Shown here one piece after another: positions 41,985 through 56,449 of a stretch of 64,000 nucleotides of DNA. A model generated the notes under the pieces. It saw nothing but the letters and a program-made list of their open reading frames with translations, was not told where the DNA came from and ran no database searches. Position 1 is the stretch's first letter. Every line of letters begins with the position of its first letter. This stretch comes from Octopus vulgaris. Lineage: Eukaryota. The position numbers and the translations under genes were made by a program. Location of the stretch: NCBI GenBank assembly GCA_951406725.2, contig OX597824.1, forward strand, positions 12,462,001 to 12,526,000. Direction: 5' to 3'.

Positions 41985-43061
41985 ATCTGCATAGGATATG
42001 AATATCGCCGTTGCTAATATTTAATTTTTAAATAAACCTACAAACTATCTGCTACATCAGCGATTGGAAACTCCCTGTCATTCCGTATATAGTTGGTCGT
42101 GAGATTTGTCTAGTATGCGGGGACTGGATGCTTTCCACACACTGCCTCTCCTCAAAAGCCTTCTCTTTCTTGCTGTCAATGCCATATCTGTTTCTATTTT
42201 ATCTTTGCTTAGTATTGATAATATTGTTTTGCGTTGGAATCGAACGTTTGTAGTAATCAAACAATCACGGTTGCTTTTCATACCAACTGATTCGTAGGTA
42301 AATCGCAAAGCTGTCTAACTACTGACATTATTCTTTGTTTTTTGCTTTTATTTCGGATGCGCACATTGTTCAATGTTTCCATACTTAGAATTTTCTCTTT
42401 TTATACATTTTTCATTTTCCATTTCATTTACAGTTTTATGTAGATTCGTCAAGTTCGGTAATTGTTCGTATCCTGTTGTAAGGTTGAGTTTTCTCCCGTT
42501 TTGTTATTTATTTTTTTTCCAGTGCTAGGTTTATTTCCGAAATCTCCATTTTCAATCCTTTTATTTAGTTCATGTTCCAAATAAATGTTGGCTCTCTGTA
42601 CTTTGTTACATTGGTGACGCACAATAATTTTTGCTAGATTGGTGACATTCCGACGATGGAATATTTCTTTTGGAAATATTCCTTTAAAAAACCTTTTGTA
42701 GCATAACTCTGCTACAGAAAGTATGTTTTGGACCTATATTGATTACATTTCGTTTCGCTTGAACTCTGTGTGTGTCCGTTTTACTGTTTTCAATATTCTT
42801 CTTTTCTTTCTTTTCTACTCTAGGCAAAAGGCCCGAAATTTTGGGGGAGTGGGGGCAATCGATTAGATTGACACCAGTACGCAACTAGTACTTAACTTAT
42901 CGACCCCGAAATGATAAAAGGCAAAGTCAACGGATTTTGAACCCAGAACGGAGCGACGAGTGAAATTTGCTGATTTCAATATTATCAATTCGATGAGTGC
43001 CTATGTGTCTTTGAGTCTGTACTGGCTTCCGCGTTCGTAAACTATAGCAAAGGGCGCTTTA

Positions 43062-43598
43062 TGGCGTTTTAATGAGTCTACATTTGATAAAATAGCCATC
43101 GCCATGGTAGATGGTCAAAGTGATCCTAAATGGGAGGAAATAAAATCTAACCTTTCAATGTTGCATCTTCTGGTATTACAGCTACCATCCACAATGCGGG
43201 AAGAACTGCTCATTCCTTGTCCAAACTCCCTCTAAACATTGCAATGAAAGAATCTCAAATTTCTAAAAATTCTGCAATGGCAACAGTTCTCCAATAAATT
43301 TGCTTCATTGTTTGGGACGAGTGCATTGTCACATCGTGGAGCTCCAGAGGTACTTGACCGTACCCTCCGAGTCAGAAAAGAAAACAAACAATAACACGCT
43401 CATGGGAGGAGTAACAGTTCTTCTTGTTTCTTGCAGGAGAGTTTCGTAAAAAGTTGCCAGTTATCTCCAAAGGATCAAAAACTGATGAGGTCAATGCATG
43501 CTCCAAAAAATCGTACCTTTGGAGAATTCATCTTACCAGCAACATCAGAGTACTTCTTTAAGGTGATCGTACGAGATTCTTAAAATTGGTAATGGGAT
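43062..43598 (+). mobile_element. Autonomous Helitron remnant (PIF1-type helicase), arm B
   Basis: VASSGITAT...GRTAHS..KLPLN, IVWDEC, LDRTLR, MGGVTVLL, GEFR..LPVI.KG...DEVNAC.K.SYLW, LKIGNG. Confidence 0.85.
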
Positions 43599-43672
43599 TA
43601 TTTACATGATTTGCATTATTTACATTTGAAGGATATTTTTCCTCATCTTGTTTGTATGTACACACATATGCA

Positions 43673-43703
<31 letters not shown>

Positions 43704-44019
43704 CACGCATATCACACACATATATACACATTAGGCATACACACACCACGCACACAGAAACATATAGGCACACGCGCATACACTACTGGCGCATGTGCAG
43801 ACACACATGCACACAAACTCACGCGTATAGACACACACATGCACGCACACACACGGAAGTACACACACACATACACACGCACGCACGTACACATGCACAC
43901 TAATAAATGCATACATACATGCAAAAACGCTCAAGCATGCACAGAGACACAGGAATACACACACATACAGAATACATACATACGTATGTACTTACATACA
44001 TACAACCATACATACATAC

Positions 44020-44050
<31 letters not shown>

Positions 44051-44342
44051 CATACATACATACATACAAAAATACCCTGTTGTTGATGTTGAAATTCCAA
44101 TGAAGGATCCTTGGATTTAGGTTAGAAGTTGGCCCTCTCTCTATCTGCAAAAAATCTTGAAATTAAACTGAATAATGGTATACATACATACATACGTGCA
44201 TACATTCATGCACACATGCATACATATATACATACGTATATCGTACATGAATGCATACGTAATACATACATGCATAAATACATACATGCATACTTACATA
44301 CATATATGCATGCATGCATACATACATACATACATACAAACA

Positions 44343-44376
<34 letters not shown>

Positions 44377-45057
44377 CGTACATACATACATACGTACTTA
44401 CATGCATACTCAAGCACTCAAGCTCACGCGCACATTGGTGCGCAACAATGTCTTAGACAAACGCAGCTTCCATAAAAGACTAAAAATATTCATTGAACAT
44501 TTTGCAACGAAAGAGCTTTGACGAAAAAATCAGTTGGATTTCTAACCAATTGACTAATAAAAAAGGACCGGAATCGAGCCAGTATGTGTGTTATTACTCC
44601 TTGCATATTGACTCTCCCTGGACACAACAAAATTTCTATCAACACACGAATTCACACAAAGAATCTTGCAAAGCCAATATAAAAACGAAATGATAATTTA
44701 TCTTATAGTTTTATTTGCGTAAATTATACGAAGGAGTGTACAGGAATTAGCAACATAAAGAAAAGTGTAACTCAAGGAAACTACGAAGAGAAAGGAAATC
44801 ATTATGACCACCATATTTCTCGAAATTTTGTCTATTTCTGTTCTCTATATATCATGGTACATATCCGCAGATATTCCTTTTGATATACCAGCATACATAT
44901 ATTACCATGTGTGTCTATCTAATAATATTGTTGGAGAACTACTATGAGTGAAAGCATAGAGAAATACTATAATTTACTATTGCGGATCTGCCAGTATTCT
45001 ACGAAGAAAATTTTCCCCTACTTTCCAAATTATAATCTTCTCGCTATCCAAATTATA

Positions 45058-45236
45058 TCACAATGGTATTGCACGGATATCATCATTTGTTGGGACATAA
45101 ACGAGGCCAGACATGTTGCCCTCTACCGTCATTGGTGTTTCGTAAGGTTTTTCCAACTGAAATTTCTGTAAGATGTTTGTAAAAGCCAGGAAAGCTTCCG
45201 TATTGGCTAATGACATTCCTGGACACATTCTTGGAC
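45058..45236 (-). CDS. CYP copy B exon 8
   Basis: GPRMCPGMSLANTEAF...KPYETPMTVEGNMSGLV...IRAIPL, stop. Confidence 0.92.
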
Positions 45237-46929
45237 CTACAAATAAAGCAGTAGTTATAAATTAAACAACACACACTCTGTATGCTAAATATGTATCATA
45301 TACAAGTGATAAAAATTAGATAAGTCGTCATTGATTTTAGTTAGGTGTGAATATGTTCTGGCTGTTATCTCCCACACCCTTTATATAGTCGAACAGACTT
45401 CCAGTCATAGATACACACGCCCTGACAATAGTCAGATGTTAAAAATGGATTTCCAGAAACTACAACCATCCTGAAGGTACCCCGTGTATTAAGGCACACG
45501 GGATTGCCTTCAAGATGACTGTTAATATAAAGGGAGGTAAATGTTTCCCATAGCGCGAAGTTATAAATTTGAAATTGAAATCGAGGAATCAAGTAATTTT
45601 ATTAAAAATATGTTATTAAATGAATAAGATAAACAAATCGAGGCTTGCTCACAGAAATAAGGATATATCTCGGGAGAAAAAATGACCAAATATTTGTTTA
45701 GAGAATAAATATTCTATGTAGCGTATTTAGTGGACCATTGATGCTTATTTTGTTGAAATGATGAATATCAATACGCACTTAAATAAGATTTGAAGTAGAT
45801 TGCTGTTTTATAGTGTCTCATTTTTACTAATGTCAAACCAACTCTGGTGATTCTACAATTCAATAATTAAATCTCCCCTTAACATACAGTTTTAAAACAA
45901 TCATTAGATAGTCTAGCTGTAGATCGAGGCAAATGTTGTGTTGGTCACGATTGGGAACCGTTTTATTATAGATATACTAAATCATTAGAATCTATTTACA
46001 ATACTTACCCGAACCGAAAGGTAAAAAAGCCTCATTTTTCTTTAACTCATTATTTTCATCAATCCATCTTTCAGGACGGAATTCCTCTGGTTTATCCCAA
46101 TAGTTCGGATCAGAATGAGCTTCCAATATTAAGAATGAAACGAGAGCATCTTTTGGAATATCATAACCTTGAAGAGTTGTTTGGACTTCAGCGGTGTGTG
46201 GAATAGTTACAGAAGCTACAAAAAAGAATCTTTGTAAATATTAACAGAGCCCAAATTAACGATAATCTAAATTAAATACGTTACTATGGATATCATAATA
46301 ACTTTGATGTAATTATTTTGTGACACCTTTATAAGGCATTAGTTAATGTGGAGTTGTATTGAAACATAGAAATTTCGTTCCGTAACACTGTTGCTGTAAA
46401 ATTGGGTATTAAATTAGTCTGTGTTGCAACGTTAGAGATCTGAGCTTATGTAACACTGGATTGACGAAATGTTGTAATGTAACAATACAGATTAGAACTG
46501 AAAGAGAATTGATCATGTCAGGAGGAGTTGACTTTCAGGGATGGTATAACCAACAAAGTTTGAGATTATATTACAAAAGTGCTTACTAACAATAAAAACA
46601 ATGTAAAGCACAAGGAAAGTATGCCATTAACACAGGGATATAAACGTTTTGGGGCGAATATCATTGGCGTACTGATTCAAGTTATACATGAATAACAGGA
46701 GATATCGTTGTATTATGAAAATTGCATGACGGCCTTCTTACCAATTGTCCCAAATCTGTGAACCTCAAAAAGGGTTGCTGCAACGTATGTCATATGTGGT
46801 TTGTCTTCCATTGTAACAGGTCTGGTCTGATTGGTGATCTGAAATAGATAAGCATTCACAAAAGACTTAATTCATAATACATACATACAAACAAACATAC
46901 ATACATACATACATACATACATACATACA

Positions 46930-46960
<31 letters not shown>

Positions 46961-49018
46961 GTACGTGCGTACATACATACATACATACATACGTACGTAC
47001 GTGCGCACATATATATCTCTTTGAAAATCGAAGTAAAAGAGAATATCTATGGACAACTGCTTCGAAATTTCCAGCTTCTGTATCCAGACTATGAATTCAT
47101 ATTCATACTAATAATACTTGGAGCACTAAGTTTTGTTAAAGGAGAATGTGGATAAACAGGGATTTTCAGAGAGAGAAATCGACCAGCTAATTCGTACATT
47201 ACAAGTGGAATCTGTAAGTGGAACTGTAAAAATATGCAACACTTTTCTCAAGTTCCAAATATGAATTTGTCTATGTTAACTACATCCCAAAGATGGAAAC
47301 TTGTCTCTTTATTGACATAACCCCCCCCCCTACAACCGTTAACAAAGTTACCATTATTGTATCATGTGATATACGAAAACTCTATACCACGATCCCGCAC
47401 CAATATGGACTGGAGGGAATAAGTTTCTGGCTAGAAAAATTCTATCATGAAATCCCAGACAGAAGTGAAAATGCTTAATTAAAAGGATTAAAATTCATCC
47501 ATAAAAATAACGTTTTTGAGTTTAATGACAATATTTATGAACAAATATCTGGGACAGCTATGGGGGCAAAAGTTGCCCCAATGCAAATCTAGTTATTGTA
47601 TACATGGAGTTCCAGATATATGAACAATGTAAATTAAAATATGGCTTGGATTTCCATAAATATTTACTAGAAAACTAGAAACGCTACTTATATGACTGCC
47701 TAATTTTGTGGACGTCCACACTTGACCAAGTTACTGATTTCAAAATCCAAATTAACACCATAAACAGTAGTATCAATTTCAGAAATAGTAGATTTTATCT
47801 TAGTTTCTTTTGCATATTTGTTTTTATACTTACGTTCGGCAGTGCTGTACAATTTTTTGTCATGTTTGGACATTTATTTATTAATGAAAACAATTAAACA
47901 CAATTTTTGCTTGTTATCTCTTGACGAAATAAAATCATGGCTTCCATGACGTCAACACATACACACATACAGAATACACACACATATCATGAATGTCATG
48001 ACATGTCAACCAACATAAACAGACGCCCGCTATCTGTGACATATCCACACACAAGTCTTCGCGCTCTCTAAGAAAGTTTTAATAATTTAGAAATATTTTT
48101 AACTGAATGCTGTTTCAAAAATGTAAGTTGTTTGTACAATGAGTGTTTATATTTTAGCTTTCATTAAACAGACAATATTTTAATGTGTTTTTTAATCATT
48201 TTCCAGTGAATGACGATGCTTCGCTTTGACTCTCAGAACTGTCATTCGGAGTTCGTCAATTTACGTAAAAGTATTTTAAAATTTACTTTAGTTTTAAAGT
48301 GAAAGCGAGGAGAAAGTGAAAGAAATATGTACATGAAATAGACGTGTGCTTGTGAAAGAGAGGGAGAGAGAGAGAGAGAGAGAGAGGGAGAGAAAGAAAG
48401 AGAGAGAGACGGAAAGAAACAGGAAGAGAGAGAGAGAGAGTGTGAGAGAAGGCGTACATATGCGTACATCTTTTTTAAATGTACGTGTGCAAGTGTTTTT
48501 TTGAGATAGAGAAATAGAGAGAGTGAGAGTGTGAACGCGTGTTCTCATGTGTGTGTAAGTGGCACACACACACACACACTCTCTCTCTCTCTCACCCACA
48601 CACGTCCATTTTATATACACGTTCATGCATCATTCATTTTCTCCTCTCTTTCACTTTAAAACAAAAGTAAATATAAAATTTCTTACAGAAATTAATGAAT
48701 AAAAACAGCTGATCTGGATGAGAGTTCTGAGAGCCAAAACGACAATTCTGAGAGTCAAAGCGAAAGAATACCCCAACGGAATACCATTACAAAAATTTTT
48801 TCGAGTGCATTCAGCGCATCTCAGCGCCAAAGATTTGGCTGCTATTTCTAGCACGCCCTACTACCACGTAACAGCTGTTTCTGGTAATGGACTCGAAATA
48901 CCGGTTAGGTGGTAGCAAGGCATGCAAGAAATAGCAGCCAAATCTTTCCATTTCTGGATAAGGAGCCGAAACCTATCAAAGTATCAAAGTATCAAAGTAT
49001 ATATATATATATATATCC

Positions 49019-49049
<31 letters not shown>

Positions 49050-50676
49050 CGCACAAGCATTCATTAAACCATAACTTTTGAAGTATTATCGGACACGCTG
49101 AATGAAAAAGTGCTTCGTTTAAAAGATGTGTTTTGTGAGGTTCATACCTGTCAATTTACCGCAGCCGCACACATTCACACGCACAGCCGCGTACACACGC
49201 ACAGCCACGTACATACGTAGACAAAGAGAATGTACTGTTCGCTTTTATTGTAGCATCAGTAAATAGTTCTCAATCCAACTATCGTTAAATATCATTTAAT
49301 GACGACAGGTGTTGTACGTGAACTACTTGAAATTTCATACCCGATTAGTGCAATCATCGGACAGGCCTGTATCGCATATTATACATGATCCAGCGATCTG
49401 GCAAGCTCAAACGATATGGCTACTCTGTGAGTAAATGCGAGAAAAATAGCAGAGGACATTAAGAAATATTTGAAAGGAAAAGAAAGTATAAAAATTACAT
49501 AATTAATCTATCTTCTCAAACTCTATTAACTATTAAAAGAGGACAAATATATAAATGATTTACCTGTACAATTTCTTCTCGACACTTCTCCTGTACATCC
49601 GTGTATTTGGCCATACAGAGAAAAGCCCAGGTAAGATGGCTAGCAGTCGTGTCGGTTCCAGCCAGAAATAAATCGCAAATTGTGTGGAACAAATTCTCAT
49701 CTTCGATGTAGAAATGATAATTAGATTTAAAAGCATAATAATTGTGCATAATTATAGAAAATAGTGAATAAATTAATGACAATAAGGATAATAACTGTCC
49801 CAAAAAAGCAGCTTTGGTAAAATATATTTGCATCAGTTATGTTCAACTCGTTCGAGTGTAATCGGACACGTTAAGACCAATCACTGCAGAAATACCCATT
49901 TGAAAATATTCTACACTTTGATTTGCCTAAATAAGCATTTTGTGTTGGGCTATGAGTGGCATAGATCGTTTCGGCAGCGTGGTCAACTGAGTTAGTTTTG
50001 GCAGAAGATATATTTCAACGATACAGAAACGCCTGCTCCCTCTTAGCCCCCAACAAAATTTGCATGTACAGGAACTGAGGTGGTGATTTTTTTACTCCTG
50101 GGACTAGTTCTGAAGCGATAGGCCTTATCACGTCCAGTTACACTCGAACATTTCAAGCATGACTGTACACGAATATACAGAAATAGAAAAATATATCAAA
50201 CTATCATCAGTTAAAACTCCTTCGGCAGGTTACTTGATCTGAAACCACGTTTTGAGTGGGGATCAAACATTTTATGAAAGGGATTTAAAAAATTTACGAA
50301 TGCACAAAATCTCTTATATAATAACTTTGGGGATATTTCCTTATATTAGTGCCCGATGTTAAGTTTTTAAATGTCCCGTGCTGCTTCGTCAGTGATAAAT
50401 GTGGCAAAAAAATAAATGAGATACTTACTCATACCCATGGGTATGAGTAAGTACCTCATTTATTTCTATGCCACTTTTATCACTGACGAAGGGAGGGTTC
50501 TCACGAACTAACCCTGAAATCGGTCCGATATAGTAATAATGGAATTTTTTTAGAAATTTCTGTCGGCTTTTTTTCGAGTAGCGTGCGTATTATGAAAAAT
50601 TATATGGTAATGGATAATATGTCCAATTTTCGGCATATTTGGCATTAGAAATTTTTTCGTTTGCCCTTATTTATAA

Positions 50677-50730
<54 letters not shown>

Positions 50731-51490
50731 CACATATACATATATATATATATATACATATGTGGATATATATACATAAAAATGATATATATTATATATG
50801 TATTCTATTTCCTCAATAGGAAGTACGTAGAAGCGTTTCATAATTTTTTGTTAATCAAATAATTGCATTGTTGAATTATTCTTTTAGATCAGTATTTCTC
50901 AACGGGGATTTCAGGGGAGAGATTCAGGGAGTCGCTGGCGATGTATCGTGATGATCAAAAATCCGGCCTGCTAAAATTTGGTTAAAGTGATTCAAACTGC
51001 AGACTCAACGCAAAATGGTCACGTTTAATTCAAAGCGTTATAAATATTATGAAAACAATTGGCATGTGTTCACAAAGTCCAAACGATTAATACGAAAAAA
51101 CCATCCAGGCTACATCCCGAAAATTTATTTCTTGATTTTTTAAATTTTTCATGCAATTTACGCATGCTTACACGCGTGGTGAACACAGTTCATGTCAAAC
51201 AGCTGACTGAGTAAAGTTCACTATTAAATGCATGGGATAAGGCCTAAACAAACACATTACCGATTTTTGCACTTGCGAAATGAATTTCGGAACAGAAATA
51301 GCGCAGTTCAATTTTCATTCGCCTAAACTTTAAGTGACCCATTTTTGGTGGTTCTATGATTTGTTGGCTATGAGGAGATGTGCCGGGAAGTTAAACACAC
51401 AGACACACAAGTTGAGTTTTATATATATAAATATATATTTCAAAAATGAATAGAAATGGCTTTTCTCATAATTTTCCCAAGTTAATTAAA

Positions 51491-51557
<67 letters not shown>

Positions 51558-51664
51558 TAAGTAATTAAGGGTTTAGCAACGATTTGCCTCACCACACACC
51601 GAGTTTAGAAATAGCAGTCAAAGAGTTATAGCTATTCTTTCTACTAAAAGGGAGATCTCAGTAA

Positions 51665-51763
<99 letters not shown>

Positions 51764-52544
51764 ATATATATATATATGTATGTATGTATGTGTGTGTGTG
51801 TGTGTGTGTGTCTGTCTGTCTGTCTGTCTGTGCGTGTCTGTGTGTGTGCATATAAAGAAAGCATGTTTGGGAAAGGGAAAATTATATGGATTATCTATTA
51901 TAGAATATTGTTTCTTCAAAATGATTTATAATATACCCTTTATATCTTTTATATTTTATTTCATAATTAAAATAATTCTTTTTGTTGTTAATTTCTTTTA
52001 TTGACATCATTGAAGAATTATAAGAATATAATTAACAGCTCATACAAAACTCACCAGTTAACGTTTCACTGTTTGGTTCCTTCTCAAGCGTCAGCAAATA
52101 CATATCAATGAAATCTCTTATGTTTTCAGCATTAAACGTTTCTTTATGTTCTATGATTTTATTTCTTACGTAACTTTTCACCTTCTCCTGCTTCCTTATA
52201 ACCTTTTCTATCTATAACAAGACAGTCAACAACAACAGTAACGTATTTGCCGAATTAAATGTTTTACAATATAACATTTTTTATCAAATCACACTTAATT
52301 CTATGTTTATATCTAGTTGGAGCTGACTTTCTTATTGAGTCAATAAAAATAAACACATTTATTCACCAATCTAACCACTATAAACCAGTTGGTAATAAAA
52401 TTCTTTATTTCCAAACTACCAACTCCATATAAATTGCACACGGAATTACCTTTAATTGTAAGATGAATTATTTATCTTGCATGGAATTGTTTTGAAGTAG
52501 GGAGTTATATATTCATATGTACACACACGCACACACACTAATAA

Positions 52545-52620
<76 letters not shown>

Positions 52621-54309
52621 CCCAGTGTCACTTTGATGGCATGCACTGCTCTCTCACTCAATAGTAATAATGATGATGATAATTCTTTCTGACTTCAATA
52701 TGCTTAACTGGAATACCAGTGAAATAATGAAACTTGATAGAAAATTCCGCAAGCTACTGACTTGTAATAAGATGCACCATCCAAAGGCAGTAGTGGATCG
52801 ACTTTACCTTCCCAGAGCTCAGGGAGGACGAGGTTTGATCCAGCTTGAACTGGATAAATGATAATCAGATAAGACAATGTCCGGCAAATATGGTGTGTGG
52901 GCATTCGTTTCCCATTCAAATGACTTCGGCCTTTGGAATGTCACCCTTGCTGTATGTGAGCGAGCATTATCTTCATGGAAGAACACCTTTCGACTTGAAA
53001 GCAAAGATAATCATTTTTCTTCTAGCGCTGATTTAAGCCGCTCAAGCTGCTCGCAGTAGATCTGTTTTGTTATAATTTGGTTTGGATTTAAAAGTTCAAA
53101 GTTTACTAAACCTTTCATATCCCACCAAACTGACGACAACTGATTACGTGTTTAGCTTGAGGTGCCGGAGTTTCTCCTTCCTCTACCCACTCTTTTTGGC
53201 GCTTGAAATTTTTATATAGAAACCATTTCTCCTCATCAGTAACTATTCTCTCCAAAAAAAGGTTCATTCGTGAAACGTGACAGCAAAGAAGAGGAAACAT
53301 TCGCGCTCTGTGCGCGATTAGATTCGGAAAGTTTGTGAGGAAGCCGTTGCCCCAATTCACTGACTTTCCCGATGGCACGCAGGTGTCGATAAATGGTTGA
53401 ATGACCAGATCCAAGTTACAATGGGATTTTCTTCCACTAGGGTTTGCAGGACGTCCTCATCGAGCTCTACAGATCTTCCAAGATGAGGTTTGTCTTCTCG
53501 GCTTCAGTTTCCGGCTCGGAGTTTCTGGAACCACTGTTGACACTGGCTTACGCTTATTGTCCGATCCTCATACACTGCATTAATATCCCTTGCCTTTTCC
53601 GTTGCCTTCTTGCCTTTACTGAACTCATAAAGCAAAATATGCCAAATATGTCCCTTTGTCACTTCCGTTATAGATTCGAAAAAGTAACGGTTAAAATCGA
53701 ACTGCATTCTTTAAAACTTGCATTAAGAATAAAAATAAGGTAAAATTGCCATCTGCTTTTACAGGTAAAATTACTACATGCTTTTACAGGTAAAATTACT
53801 ACCTGCTTTTATAGAAAGTTGATGCAGGCAGTTTATCACGTTCGGCTCTGAGAGGCGTTTTCAAAACCGTAGGGGTAAAGTCACTTTCCCTACTTAACAG
53901 TAATTTAGATTTGAACGTAGTATATCCGCTTTCTGCGTTCAAGAGATGAAATAATTTAACACGAAATTCCGGCATATTTTTTATCAAGCAATTATCTTCA
54001 GAATATTCTGGAAACCTGGATTTTAATTTTTTTTTTAATATACCCTGGATTGTAAAGTTGATTTAATATTCGTATTTTGATGTGAAGTTTTTATACTTAC
54101 GGAAGAATTCCACCGAAAAAATCTGATGAATGGAAAGAAATTTTCTGGTACAAATACACTAATATATTTGAACACATCTTGAAAATGTTGAACGATCTCC
54201 TGAAACTCAGAATCACTGTATTTGATCCTTCAAAAAGAAAACAGCAAAACATCATACATTCATAGCATGGCCGCAGTCAAATGACTGAAACATGTAAAAG
54301 AATAAAAGA

Positions 54310-54393
<84 letters not shown>

Positions 54394-56408
54394 ACCCATA
54401 TACTTTCAATAATAATAACGAGTAAAATTAATTAATTAATAATTCGGTATGTTAAAATAACTTTTATCGGTAACCTTATACAAAAATTCTATAATTATAA
54501 TTAGTGTTCAGAAAAATGCTTCACCACATACCGAATTAGAAATAGCAGTTAAATACTATTCTTCTATAATAAGGTACCTTATTTTACATAGGTAAAGAGA
54601 AAATATAACGAATCCACACGACTTTGATTAATTACATACGCGTTTCGGGATTAAAGAGATGTAAAATTCCTATTTACTCACTTATTTCCAACTTCAGTGT
54701 AGTATTTCACGTATAAGTTTGAAAGTACTTAATAATTAAATACGCATTCGACCAAGCGATATCGAATAACTAATATCCAACAAACAGCATTTCCAAATTT
54801 ATACGGACGAATAACGAATTCACACGTCTTAATTATAGAATTTATATATATATTTAAGATTGATGCCTGTTCACGTTGAAGGCGGGAGACTTGGTGACAC
54901 CTGTGCTGACACAGTCAGAACATGGACAGATGTAGCGAATGACTGGTAGAGCGGAAGTGGCGCGAGACCGGGCTGTCATTGCCAAATCTGATGTCTCGGA
55001 GGTGCTCCACGAACCGCTCGGTCAAGCGGTGTCCCTTTTGACCAATGTACAGAGAAGGACAGAGGGAGCAAGTGATGCTGTAAATAACATTACTAGAGGT
55101 GCAGGTAAAGGAATCGGTGACGAATGGGCGGGCCATGAGTTGAGATTGAGTCACAAAGTCATGGCCGTCACTGCATAACCTGCGTAGACACAGGAATTGG
55201 GATTAGGGAATGGAGAGCTTGGTGTGGGTTGAGTGGGAGGAGGAGAAGTTAATGTAAGAGTGTGAGTCAGTATGCTTAGATAGAGGTTGCTGACAGAAAT
55301 GTCGAGAAATTCGATGGAAGAGTTAGATATAGTAGAGGAGAATTCGAGGTTAGGCTGGAAGGATTGGACAGAAAAAAGGAAGGAGTCCAGTTGTTCGCGG
55401 GAGAGTGAGGTCACGCCGATACAGTCGTCTATATAACGACCGTATAGCTCGAGAGTGAGACCAGTGAATTGTGAGAATATTTGGGCCTCATCGTAGCCAA
55501 TGGACAGGTTCGCACAGTTGAGGCTCATTCTCGTTCCCATGGCCACTCCCGAAACTTTTGGTAAAACTCCACCGCGAACAAGAAGTAGCTGAGGGAGTGG
55601 AGAAGTTCAACCAGACGTGTGGAAATGTCAGGTTATGGGTTAAGCCGATGGTCAAGGAAGGGTTTAAGCGCAAGAATTCCTTCGTTTTATGGGATCACCG
55701 TATACCGAGTCCTAATGTCAAAAGTGAACAGAAATTTGAGAGGGTTGAGAAGGGAAGCTGAAAGAGTTAAACAGACGGAGAGCATGATTGGTATCGTGAA
55801 TGTGTAAGGAAAGGGAAGCTATTAGGGGGCATGGACACGGTCGAAGTATTTGGAGAACATTTCTGTGGGGCTGTTACTGGTGGAGACGATAGAGCGGCCA
55901 GAATTGTTAGGCTTGTGAATTTTGGAAATGAAGTAAATAGTGGGTGTGCGTGGGGTACGGACAATGAAGTTGGAGGCGGTGGGAGGAAGACAGGAGGAGG
56001 AAATGAGGTCATGAATAGTGGAAGACACAGTCTGTTGGTAGTTAGGTGTGGGGTTGGAGGGGAGTGGGCAAGAATATGAGAGGTTTAGTTCACTGATGAT
56101 CTAAACCAACGGTACGGTGCGTAAGTGCTACAACCGGTCATCCGTTAGGTTCGGTGTTTACAGCTAAGGCTAAGTTCACAGCTAAGTTAGCGATCCGTAG
56201 TAGGCTTTCGAGCCTGCAGGTATAAATTAAAGAAAAATGGAAAAGAAAACCAAGGCAGGACGAGTATCTCAGGTCATTTAGAATATTTGATTAAAGTGAA
56301 TCAAAAATGGAGAAATAGAAGTTGTTACTCCGACTCCATTTCTGATTCATCTTACTCTAACTAAATATTCTACATGAGATACTCATTCCGCCTTGGTTTT
56401 ATTTTTCC

Positions 56409-56449
<41 letters not shown>

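Noticed and set aside
50889-50905. CAGTATTTCTCAAC resembling a hAT-type terminal repeat
   Set aside because: No matching second terminus or target-site duplication located
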